This document shows positions 8,247-17,896 of a DNA stretch of 20,000 nucleotides, in pieces. The translations under genes were made by a program, and so were the position numbers. The DNA comes from Perkinsus olseni. Its lineage: Eukaryota. The DNA lies in assembly GCA_013115125.1 (NCBI GenBank), contig JABANN010000112.1, positions 50,123 through 70,122 of the forward strand. The letters are read 5' to 3'. Position 1 is the first letter of the stretch. Each line of letters starts with the position of its first letter. Below the pieces are notes generated by a model. It saw nothing but the letters and a program-made list of their open reading frames with translations, was not told where the DNA came from and ran no database searches.

Positions 8247-10418
8247 ATGGCGAGCGTTCTTGCAACCAATTTGCTTGCTTTTATCCCACCTATACTAGGT
8301 GTCCTTTGGGCCCTTAAGGAGGTAACCTATGTTAGCCGTATCAAGCTATCCGGCCCTCCTTCGGGTATCCAAGCCTCGTTGATGGGCGACGGAAAGAAGG
8401 TCGACGTCCAGAAGATTCTCGAGCGCATGCGGGACATTTCGTCGCATATTGCGGAAGGTGCCAATGCGTTCCTCGTCGCCGAGTACAAGTACATGCTTGT
8501 TTATGTTGTTATCTTCTCGATTATCATCGGACCCTGCATCGGTCTCGGTACCATGATTGCCTTCATCGTGGGTTCCCTCACTTCCATTGCATGTGGCTAC
8601 ATTGGTATGAGGACCGCCGTCTATTGCAACGTTCGTACTACTCATGAATCCTGGAAGAACATTTCCGCTGGTTACGACGTTGCTATCCGTGGTGGTTCAG
8701 TCATGGGTTTCGCTCTTGTTTCCTTGGGTGTTTTTAATCTTTTCATCTTGGCCTTGATCTACTCCAAGTTCTACGGCAATAACGTTATTGCTCTTTATGA
8801 GGCTCTCACCGGTTACGGTTTGGGTGGTTCTTCCATCGCTCTCTTCGGTCGTGTCGGTGGTGGTATCTACACCAAGGCTGCCGATGTTGGTGCCGATCTC
8901 TCTGGCAAGAACGAGTACGGTCTTGATGAGGATGATCCGAGGAACCCCGGCTGCATCGCCGATAATGTTGGAGACAACGTCGGTGATATCGCCGGTATGG
9001 GTGCCGATTTGTTCGGTTCTTTCGCCGAGTCTACTTGCGCCGCCATGGTCATCTGCTCTGCCTCCCCTGAGGTCGCTGTGCACGGAAGCTGGTCGGCTAT
9101 GATGTTCCCCTTGCTTCTCTCTTCTGTCGGTATTCTTGTCGGTATTGTGACTTTGATGTCCGTTAATATCTTCTACAAGGTTCGTGAGATTAAGGATGTT
9201 GAGAAGGCTCTTAAGGGCATCCTTATCATCTCCACCACTATTCAGACCCCCGTGGCTATTCTCCTTGCCTGGTGGGCCCTCCCCAGTGGCCTCTTCGCCA
9301 TTGACGCCTCTCGTCTCCACTGCACTTGGTGGAAGTGCGCCATCTGCGTCCTTCTCGGTTTGTGGTCTGGTCTCTGCATCGGTAACATCACCGAGTATTT
9401 CACGTCCGACACTTACAAGCCCGTCCGTAGCATCGCTGATGCCGAAAAAATCTCCGCTGCTACTGGTATCATCATTGGTCTCGCCAGCGGATACGCTTCG
9501 ACCGTCATTCCCATCATCTGCTTGGCCATTACGATCTGCGTGGCATTCTCTCTCGCTGGTATGTTCGGTGTTGCTCTCGGTGCTCTTGGTATGCTCGGTA
9601 CTCTCACCATGTCCCTCACCATCGATGCCTACGGTCCCATCTCCGATAACGCCGGTGGTATCGCCGAGATGTCCGAGTTGGGCCCTGAGGTCAGGGAGCG
9701 TACCGATGCCCTCGATGCCGCTGGTAACACCACCGCTGCCATCGGTAAGGGCTTCGCCATCGGTTCTGCTGCCCTGGTGTCCCTCGCCTTGTTCGGTGCT
9801 TACTCTGTCAGAGCTGGCATCAACGTTGTTAGTCTTCTCGATCCCTGGACCTTCACCGGTCTTCTTTTCGGTGCTATGATGCCTTATGCCTTCTCTGCCA
9901 TGACTATGAAGTCTGTCGGAAAGGCTGCCAACCAGATGGTTGAGGAGTGCATGTCGCAGTTCCCCAAGATCATCTCCGGCGAGATGAAGCCCAACTACAC
10001 CAAGTGCATCAAGATCGCCACCGACGCTTCTCTCATGGAGATGATCGCCCCTGGCTGCTTGGTCATCCTCTCCCCGCTTGTTGCCGGTCTTCTCTTCGGT
10101 AAGAACTGCACTGCCGGTCTTTTGTGCGGCGCTCTCGTCTCTGGTGTCCAGTTGGCCATCTCCATGTCCAACACCGGTAGCTCCTGGGATAATTCCAAGA
10201 AGTTCATCGAGGCCGGGGGTCTTGGTCCCGAGTGCGGCAAGGGTTCTCAGGCTCACAAGAACGCCGTCACTGGTGATACCATCGGTGACCCGCTCAAGGA
10301 TACTTCTGGTCCCGCTATTAACATCGTTATTAAGCTTTCGGCCATCATGTCTCTCGTCTTCGGTGGCGTTATCGCCAAGACTTCCAACGAGCATGGTGGC
10401 CCCTTCTGGCTCAAGTAA
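8247..10418 (+). CDS. VP1: H+-translocating pyrophosphatase, copy B (about 723 aa from the ATG at 8247, intronless)
   Basis: Tandem paralog of copy A with the same catalytic motifs. The ATG at 8247 (MASVLATN) aligns approximately with the copy A start, so the track's TTG start at 8223 is unlikely. Confidence 0.95.
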   Translation: MASVLATNLLAFIPPILGVLWALKEVTYVSRIKLSGPPSGIQASLMGDGKKVDVQKILERMRDISSHIAEGANAFLVAEYKYMLVYVVIFSIIIGPCIGLGTMIAFIVGSLTSIACGYIGMRTAVYCNVRTTHESWKNISAGYDVAIRGGSVMGFALVSLGVFNLFILALIYSKFYGNNVIALYEALTGYGLGGSSIALFGRVGGGIYTKAADVGADLSGKNEYGLDEDDPRNPGCIADNVGDNVGDIAGMGADLFGSFAESTCAAMVICSASPEVAVHGSWSAMMFPLLLSSVGILVGIVTLMSVNIFYKVREIKDVEKALKGILIISTTIQTPVAILLAWWALPSGLFAIDASRLHCTWWKCAICVLLGLWSGLCIGNITEYFTSDTYKPVRSIADAEKISAATGIIIGLASGYASTVIPIICLAITICVAFSLAGMFGVALGALGMLGTLTMSLTIDAYGPISDNAGGIAEMSELGPEVRERTDALDAAGNTTAAIGKGFAIGSAALVSLALFGAYSVRAGINVVSLLDPWTFTGLLFGAMMPYAFSAMTMKSVGKAANQMVEECMSQFPKIISGEMKPNYTKCIKIATDASLMEMIAPGCLVILSPLVAGLLFGKNCTAGLLCGALVSGVQLAISMSNTGSSWDNSKKFIEAGGLGPECGKGSQAHKNAVTGDTIGDPLKDTSGPAINIVIKLSAIMSLVFGGVIAKTSNEHGGPFWLK

Positions 10419-11287
10419 ATGATGCCAATTCCTCCACAGACTCGATTCCGCATAATATTCGTATACTTTTGTGCGCGGCTTAGATTAGTGCTTACTTGGC
10501 TAGTATTGTTGCGTTAACTCAGTGGGGCGTAGAACATAAGACCGCCCTGAAGGCAAGCCCACCTATCGATCGGTTACTGCTCGGAAGAACACTCTCAATT
10601 GGTGTCGGAGACCAGGGTCGTGACATTGATTAACGACTGAGTCTAAACTGATCTTCTTGGTCGTAAGTTTCGGCGTGGCATTGCGTAGTAGAGTTGGGTA
10701 TCGACGACACTATCAACTGCTTGCCAGAACACAGACGAGGCCACCTTTTTGGAGGCGGGCGAGCCCGATGTCGACCATCTCGTCCGATTAGTTGCATTGA
10801 CTGCTCAACTTTCCCATTCTTATGACTTCCATGGCCGTTCTACCTCGTTCAATATCACGGTGAAATTTTCACCCGACTCATCGGCTTCTGTACACCGAGG
10901 ACTTCGGTGTGTGTGTGAGTTTAAAGTCCAACGCCGACAGTAGGGCTTAGTTAGACTAGCACCGACGTAGCTTTCTGAGGGGGATTAGTTCAGGCTCTTC
11001 TGATCAAACCAAAGAACGTTGCTCTCAGAGCGTGGTCATCGTCAGCTGGGGAATGTTCTTTCCTCCCGGCAGAATCCGCTTCCCACAGCTGCGGGGGCTG
11101 TGCACGACCACGAAACACTAGCCCATCCCGCAGTGTGTCGAACCACAAGCATCATCTCCGGCACTCGAAAAGTCCATACCCTGGCTAAGACTCCCTCTTA
11201 CCGAAAGCTGACATTCTTACTGGCAGAGGCACGTGAATCTAATATCATCCCCTCGCATTATGAATCGGTAAGACTTCGGTATACACA

Positions 11288-11319
11288 CGACACCTGAGAG
11301 ATTCGAACTCTCGCGGGCA
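11288..11319 (-). pseudogene. tRNA 3' fragment (Ser-like end: perfect T-arm plus acceptor strand)
   Basis: Minus strand reads TGCCCGC-GAGAG-TTCGAAT-CTCTC-AGGTGTC-G. No matching 5' acceptor strand (GACACCT) or D-arm lies upstream on that strand. Confidence 0.65.
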
Positions 11320-11392
11320 TGGCTACTCTCTGCTACCCAATGATAAAGGCGCACTTCTCGATGGCGAAAGGATTTGTACACCATTCTCAGTT

Positions 11393-11473
11393 GCCCGATT
11401 AGTTCAGCTGGATAGAAAGTCTGCCTAGCAGATGGTCAGCAGATGGTCGTGGGTTCGAATCCTGCATCGGGTA
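11393..11473 (+). pseudogene. Full-length tRNA-like cloverleaf with a disrupted anticodon loop (probable pseudo-tRNA; isotype undetermined)
   Basis: Acceptor stem GCCCGAT/ATCGGGT, D-arm TAGTTCAGCTGGATAGAAA, anticodon stem TCTGC/GCAGA around a 14-nt loop, T-arm GTGGG-TTCGAAT-CCTGC. A-box and B-box are recognisable. An 11-nt tandem duplication (AGCAGATGGTC x2) lies at 11427-11448. Confidence 0.7.
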
Positions 11474-12228
11474 TTGTTTCAGCTCTTCTTGATGCTGCGT
11501 CCTTTCTCGGTGGTCAAGGGTCCAGTCCAGGATGCTGGCCTCGCGAGGTCACCACTATATATACGACCGATACCCGAGTGTAACACAACGACATTTATAT
11601 ATATGATGCCAAGCGGAAGTCGCTAATCTCCAGGTCCACCTCTGCTTTCGCCTGGAGTAAACAAAAGCTATGGCTGTCCTCTGCTGGCTACTATGTAGCT
11701 TCACAGCCGTACACCCCGGCATGCGAAGTCCATTACCCAAGATTCCCAGGCTGGGAAAGATCGCTTGACGTAGGACATGACCCGAATTCTCATTCGTTGC
11801 CGAGGAACACTACAGAATAGCAGGTGCAGGAGTGAGTGTGGAGCGACGGTTCCGCCTAGCTATCGTATAGTAGGGCGCATCGTCTTTGAACACCTCAACA
11901 GCGATGGCTGTTTGCTTGCCATCATCCATGAGTCGCTCCCTCGAGTTGTTGACGGAGTCCTTGGGAGTAGTACTGCATCCGCACCGAATTCGAGGGTCTT
12001 GCCGTGCAGGCCTCCTCGAGCCGGGTTCCGCTTGCTAGCTTCCGTCAGCCGCACGAGAGTTAGATATTCGGGCTCATACTGTGTAACAATGTGATTTTCA
12101 TTTCCCGGTGTCATTTGAGAAGTTCCCTTGTAGCAATCGTGCGTCGGAGCTTTGGCGCGAGCGAAATTGCCGCGCAGAGGCTGTAGGCTGTGCGCAACGA
12201 GCCCCGTAATTTAGAATCGTAGCGGCGC

Positions 12229-12267
12229 TTCATTGTAGCTCAATGGTAGAGCTAGCATGCTGCTAGC
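12229..12267 (+). pseudogene. tRNA 5' fragment (A-box/D-arm) followed by a short hairpin
   Basis: TAGCTCAATGGTAGAGC (D-stem GCTC/GAGC) at 12236-12252, overlapping the hairpin GCTAGCA-TGC-TGCTAGC. No T-arm follows. Confidence 0.55.
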
Positions 12268-12611
12268 GAAAGAAAGAACCGTACCAAGTAATGGTTGCGT
12301 CAGCCATTATCACGAGCCCTGCACTCCCTGAACGTGGAGGTAGGATACTAGATACCGCTGACTCAACTCAGAGCGGGTATGGAGTCAGCTAATTCCAGTG
12401 TCCTACTGAACAGTTGCGACAGCCAAGTAGTAGTTGGCGGCAGCCGCTGGCTCCTGCTGCCTGGTAGCTGGCCCTGACGCTAATAGGTATTGAACTAGAA
12501 CAGATCAGAGCCACATACTGTTCACACTCCCAACCTCTACATCACGGGGATTTTGTCTCCGCTTCACAGCGCAACTGAAACCGACTCCGGTAAAGAAACC
12601 ATCACATTCAC

Positions 12612-13749
12612 TCAACGCTGGAGGATTCCTCCATTCCTAGAAGCTGCAGTGCTTGGCGTTGCTACAGCATCACGCCAACGTCCTCGAGGCGTCCATGGCT
12701 GATTCGTAAATGGGCCTCTCGCCGCCTTGCTAGGTCCGCGACCTATCAACCCATCTCCAGAGAAGACGGGGAGCCCTTTTGGTTCGGAATCTTCCTCTAC
12801 CATCTCTTGTGCCGCTCGCTCACAGGACGGACACAGCTCAGCACCTTGCGTCGGAGTGCAGCAGATAACGCACGTACCACTCTCTCGCGGGATCGCGTCC
12901 AGAAGTAGCTCTTGACAGGAGTGGCATATGCCATCGTTCTCGTCTATGCTAGCGTCCACGGGAGATCCACAAGTCACACATTTCCTTGTAGATGGTACGT
13001 GCTGTCTGAGAGGAGCAACACATTCACGACTCGGAACATATCAAGAAGGTTGAATAACGGTCAAGGCCGATCGGGTCCGGATAGTTACAAGGCGCACTGA
13101 ATGGAATGGTAGCGCATGAGAAGCGACTTCGGTGAGACAGTGAACGGTAGCAATCGTGTTGTTGAGAATGATACGATGCCCTCGTAACGAGGGTCGCGAC
13201 ATATGGCAGCAGCTCAGTCCAGTAGACGGTCTAAAATGCCTGACATGACTAGTGGGAATGCCAGGAAGGGAAGCACCTCATCATTCGCTGAGCATGCCCT
13301 AAGAAACCGAATTTGGCAAGATACGAGCCATCCTCACTTACGTGGCATGCGTGAAAGTCTCTATGGCGGACTTCAATGCTCTATTGGGGACAACACGTTG
13401 GCTTCTCAGTGGAGCGTTGGTGAGGGGATCGATCTTAGGTCTTCTGAAACTCATAATCAATAGTCCTTGGCGCCGATCACTGCCATCAGGTGCCAAGCCG
13501 AGCGTGCTAATCTTATCATGAGATTCGCGGATGGAGTGGTAGGAGATTCTCATACCACTCCATCCGCTAATCTTCTCCTCGGGTTCACCATGCAAGCTCC
13601 TACCTTTTGAAGGCATTTCTGAGTGCCGAGCGTTCGTAAGTGAAGCCGGTCTCGACTAGCGTGACGGGGTCGGTCATGAGCTCCTGTGTGATAGGACACT
13701 CGAAGGACTCCACCAGCTCCTTCAAAAGGGCCTCATCGTCACCATCCAT
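12612..13749 (-). CDS. U-box domain protein (putative E3 ubiquitin ligase) with downstream CxxC pairs. Exons 13749-13604, 13443-13342, and a large exon at about 13003-12612; middle exons and 3' end unresolved
   Basis: Spliced translation MDGDDEALLKELVESFECPITQELMTDPVTLVETGFTYERSALRNAFKR-RPKIDPLTNAPLRSQRVVPNRALKSAIETF matches the U-box consensus. The downstream exon has CVTC...CHSC and CVIC...CPSC; its linkage to the U-box exons is inferred. Confidence 0.75.
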
Positions 13750-14096
13750 TTGCAGGGGCACGAAAACGTACCAATAACAATCAAGCTACTGACAACTGCG
13801 CAGATGAAATATATTGCGAGTTTCGATTCCGATCAGGGCGAAGCAGCGCGATAGACAGTGTTCTCTGCGGCCCTCTATGATACGTACGTATGATCAATTC
13901 CGACTTTCCGACCTATTCCGTATCTTCGCGGGCCAACCCTAGATACGTAACGTGAATCTTGAAGTTTATTGTGCTGGCTAGGCGCAGGTCACTATGAACA
14001 CTACAACGAACTCTTGTCGGAGGGAAAGAATAATGTCTACTACTGCTACTACTAACGCCATCTACGCCGTCGTCCAATAATCATCATCATCACAAC

Positions 14097-15344
14097 TCAA
14101 TCTCTACTTCCACTTCGGCTCCTGTTTCTGCTGTCCTCTCTCACGCGCGACTTCGACTCCTTCCTCGGCGAATGGCTGTAAGATCTCGACGAAGACCTGC
14201 TCGAGCTGGGACTCCAACGGTCGCGGCTGTAGCTCCTCCGACGTTCTCTGAACCTCCTAGGAGACACCGGCTTCCTCCACCTCCCGCGCACCTCATCGCG
14301 GATACGACTCATCACGATCGAGCTGGGGTTGCGACAATCAGCGCGGATGAGCAGATCGGGCCCGAAGACACGAGAAAGCTGCTCCTGACTGAGCTCCCTC
14401 AATCTGTCCTCGCACTCCGCGTCCAGGCTGTAGCGATCGCACATATCAGATACCGACACTCTGTGGTGACGACTTCTACTTCTCGATCTCGATGACGATC
14501 TCGAGTAGGAACGATCCCTCGGTCGACGCCGACTCTCGCGCGCTGCCACCCTACGTCTGAAGGCCATATCATCTACCTTCCTCTGCACCACCCTCTTCAC
14601 GCGAATCCCCACATATTTCTGAGGAATTCTGATATCCCTTCTAGACCTGACATCCTGGTTGATCGAGTGGACCGTCTCGTAAAGGACGTCCTCGAGGAAC
14701 CTCCTGCCCGATCTGTCCAGTACCGAATACAACAATCTCATAGTCAAGGAATCGTCTAGGAAATCCTCAGCCTCCACAATACGTTGCTTGTGTATCGCAT
14801 CATCTACCACCTCTTCAATAACTTTATCCAAGTCCCCTCGGCTATCCGCGCGGTCCCTTCTCATCACCCTGGGCTTGGTTCTATCAACGTCACTCACGTC
14901 GCTGCTCGATTCTGATCTCGATCGAGAGTCTCTGCGCTCCTTAGGAGCTTCTTCCTCAGTGGCATCCTTTCTACTCGAAACTGACCTGCTGCGAGATCTC
15001 TTCTCATCACCTTCCTTCCCGTGGTCAACTCGGCGACTCTTCGATCGTGATTTCTCAACGCTCTTCGAGGCGGATCTATCAGCGACCTCCTTAGAACGAC
15101 TCTTTTCGACCGATCTCGAGCGGGAGTCCTTACGTTCCACAGAACGCTCGCGCTCTGAAGATTTGCGGTCAGCCGGAGAACGGTCTCTCGAGTCCGACCT
15201 GTCTCTCTTCTCAGATCGACCCTCCCTACGACCTTGACGAGATCCAGACCTCGAATAGCGCCTGAAGGCCTCCGAGCGACGACCACGACTGCTGCTGCGG
15301 CTTCTTCTGCTGCTCATGCTTCTGCTGCGACTCCTGCGGGCCAT
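14097..15344 (-). CDS. RS-rich protein, paralog 1 (415 aa, intronless), with two helical domains
   Basis: Long ATG-started ORF with RS/SR-rich termini. Its non-repetitive core is homologous to the two neighbouring ORFs. Confidence 0.85.
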   Translation of the reverse strand: MARRSRSRSMSSRRSRSSSRGRRSEAFRRYSRSGSRQGRREGRSEKRDRSDSRDRSPADRKSSERERSVERKDSRSRSVEKSRSKEVADRSASKSVEKSRSKSRRVDHGKEGDEKRSRSRSVSSRKDATEEEAPKERRDSRSRSESSSDVSDVDRTKPRVMRRDRADSRGDLDKVIEEVVDDAIHKQRIVEAEDFLDDSLTMRLLYSVLDRSGRRFLEDVLYETVHSINQDVRSRRDIRIPQKYVGIRVKRVVQRKVDDMAFRRRVAARESRRRPRDRSYSRSSSRSRSRSRHHRVSVSDMCDRYSLDAECEDRLRELSQEQLSRVFGPDLLIRADCRNPSSIVMSRIRDEVRGRWRKPVSPRRFRERRRSYSRDRWSPSSSRSSSRSYSHSPRKESKSRVREDSRNRSRSGSRD

Positions 15345-15681
15345 GATTTAGAAGATAGGGAGGAATGGAAGAAGTAGAAGAAGTTCTGCCACTCGACAGG
15401 ACCATAAGCCTGGATTGATCCCTGATGACGGCTTTCCGAGAGTCGCCCTCCTTCCCGAGGGGGCCAGACAAATGATTCCTACCTTACAGAGTAGCGATTA
15501 CTCGGTGCTGCATCATCTAAGGTAATGAAAGCAACCCAATGCGTATCCACCCAGGATCAACGTAAGATTCTCTCTCGCGTGAACTCGGCGAATCTCTCTT
15601 AGCTAGAAATATTAAACGTCCCCTACCATTGTCATAAAATCATACGTATCCAAGCTTGATGCGGCAAAGATACAAGACAGG

Positions 15682-16380
15682 TCAAGTTGACCGAGATCTA
15701 CTCCTGCAATAGCTTCTGCTTACCACGTCCGGCAATCTGCCCCGCATCTCATCTCTAATTCTGGCCATGATCAGACTGCTCACGTTCCTACAATCGCGAT
15801 GGATAATCAAATCACCTCCACACACTCGTTGTAGCTGCTCTTGATTCAACCTCTTCAGTCTCATCTCGCACTCAGCATCGACGCCGTACTTCCTGGCGAA
15901 CTCCTCCACGACAACTCTTCTACCAGGCTTCACACCAGACAATGATCGAGATCTCGAAGGCTCTCTTCGCCGCGCCCTTCTCGGCGACAACCCCATATCC
16001 CTTCTCCTAATAGACCGTTTCACTCGAGCCGCCACCAGCCGCCCTGGGTGGCTAACCTCCCTCCGACTACGGAAATCTCTCGAGATGGAATCGATCGCAT
16101 CATCAACGACCTCTTGGACGAAGTTGGGCCCGTGGATGCGAAAGCAATGAAGCAAGCTCTCCACCACATCTTGATCATCAGTAAAATCCTCAACGTAAAG
16201 GGTGATCCTCGAGTCCTTTAAACTGCCGTCAATGATATCCTCAACACGATCATACGACGATCGCGCACGCCCCGGTGATCGATTATCATTGTTATTCCTT
16301 GTTCTAGAGCGACTCCTACTTCTGTTGCTGCTGCTGCGACGGCTGCGACAACTCGAGCGAGACCTCGATCGGGAGGGCAT
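15682..16380 (-). CDS. RS-rich protein, paralog 2 (232 aa, intronless)
   Basis: Shares VEDFxDD...GxxFVxEVV...IxSIxxDxRSRREVxxP and YGVDAECExRLxxLxQEQLxRVxGxDLxIxxDCRNxSSxxMxRIRDExRGR with paralog 1. Confidence 0.85.
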   Translation of the reverse strand: MPSRSRSRSSCRSRRSSSNRSRSRSRTRNNNDNRSPGRARSSYDRVEDIIDGSLKDSRITLYVEDFTDDQDVVESLLHCFRIHGPNFVQEVVDDAIDSISRDFRSRREVSHPGRLVAARVKRSIRRRDMGLSPRRARRREPSRSRSLSGVKPGRRVVVEEFARKYGVDAECEMRLKRLNQEQLQRVCGGDLIIHRDCRNVSSLIMARIRDEMRGRLPDVVSRSYCRSRSRST

Positions 16381-16732
16381 TCCAAAGACGGTAGAAAACT
16401 GGCAAATATGTGTCCGACTCCAAAGCGTGAAACTTCGGGGGCAATCTCTCCAAGCTGAGACCTAGCTCTCGCATCGAACAACGTTAAGGGAGAACTTATG
16501 GACTAACTGTATGACGCTGAAGGAAAAGATCGGATAGCAACTTACCCATACGGTAGGAGGCTCGGATCATCGTCATCTCACGCCATCTTACCGAGACTCC
16601 TTAAGAGGCTAGATGGCATCTACTCAGGATGCAAGACAGAAGAAAAAATGGCCGAGAAGAAGCCTTCCTCCTCCTCCTGCTCACCCGCCCAGACGCAACA
16701 CCATCACATGCCTCAAAATCATCAACTACCGT

Positions 16733-17437
16733 CTACGAGCGAGACCTGCTCCTATGTCGCCTTCCACTCTTGGATCTCATATCCAGTCGGTCTTCTAAAC
16801 GCCTTCTGCCCTCCTCACCCTCCCCGATATCCTCACACACCTTCCGCAATTGACGTTGGGTCAGCGACCTCAACCTCTCCTCCATCCTATCATCACTAAT
16901 TTCACATTTTTCCATCAGTTTCGTCACCGAAATCTTCTTGGGTGGGCCCGACCTTCTCCGTTCATCTTCCATGTAGCGCATAATTCTATTGACTCTGATG
17001 CCGGCAAACTTGTGCGGTACTAAGATATCTCGACGATCTCTGACGTCGAAGCCGATAGAGTGCAGAACCTCCTCGATAAGCTCAACCACGAAGGAGCCGC
17101 CATATCTCGCATAACACCCCTCAAGATTCCTCATAGTCAACCTGTCCTCGATGAAATCTTCCAACTTCAAAAGATTCGTTTTTTCTACAGCGTGCGCAAC
17201 ACAGGCCTCCAGATCCTCTCTGTCGGCCCGGCGTCTCCGCTCCCTCGGATCGCTCGGCGATCTACCCCTCGATGGACTTCTCTTCTCAGCCGTATCTTTG
17301 ACCTCGGAAGATTCCTTCGGTGAATTGTCGGCCGACTTGGATGGCGTCCTCTTGCCGTTCACAGCGCTGCGGGACGGCGAGCTTCTACTCCTGCTTCGGC
17401 TGCTGCTGCTCCTGCTGCGGCTACTGCTGCGGGTCAT
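16733..17437 (-). CDS. RS-rich protein, paralog 3 (about 234 aa from the ATG at 17437, intronless)
   Basis: Starts MTRSSSRSRS. Core LEDFIEDRLTMRNLEGCYARYGGSFVVELIEEVLHSIGFDVRDRRDILVPHKFAGIRVNR aligns with the paralogs. The second domain is truncated or diverged. Confidence 0.8.
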   Translation of the reverse strand: MTRSSSRSRSSSSRSRSRSSPSRSAVNGKRTPSKSADNSPKESSEVKDTAEKRSPSRGRSPSDPRERRRRADREDLEACVAHAVEKTNLLKLEDFIEDRLTMRNLEGCYARYGGSFVVELIEEVLHSIGFDVRDRRDILVPHKFAGIRVNRIMRYMEDERRRSGPPKKISVTKLMEKCEISDDRMEERLRSLTQRQLRKVCEDIGEGEEGRRRLEDRLDMRSKSGRRHRSRSRS

Positions 17438-17896
17438 AGTCACGGCAACAATAAGCGCTGAAACGAATCTTGACGATCCGACACAATCACAATGAGGACG
17501 ATACCTCGACAAAGTCGCCTACTTCATACCACGGATCATGCAGTGTTGAACGGGACGACCTTAGATACTTCACGTACGGTACTGGAGAAGCTGAGAATTT
17601 CGGTCAGTAATCCGACGTTTTTCATATCCAGCGTTCCTTGACCTAGGATACCCTCTTGCGCTATCACGTATAAGCTAGAAAGGTCCTCGGATCAAATCTA
17701 TGCAGACCCATTCTGAAGTATCAGCGAGTTGCAGCATCCTTCGAGAACTCAACACGACGATAGGCGATGCAAGAGTAAGTACGGCGGTTGTAAGAAACGC
17801 AAATCGATCAACCGTTTCATATCTGCGCTCGAGAACAGTAAAAACTTGTCCGAATAGTTCAACGCAAGGATCGAACTATAGACGATATCATCACAA

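Noticed and set aside
10402-10415. CCTTCTGGCTCAAG resembles the 3' end of the perkinsid/dinoflagellate spliced leader
   Set aside because: It encodes the C-terminal FWLK of PPase B, homologous to FWL in copy A, and is in the wrong position for a relict leader.
11288-12267. Split or trans-spliced tRNA hypothesis for the halves
   Set aside because: No 5' and 3' halves in the window have complementary acceptor strands or leader sequences, and several T-stems are decayed.
14172-17495. Plus-strand and alternative-frame ORFs over the RS genes
   Set aside because: Shadows of low-complexity RS coding sequence.
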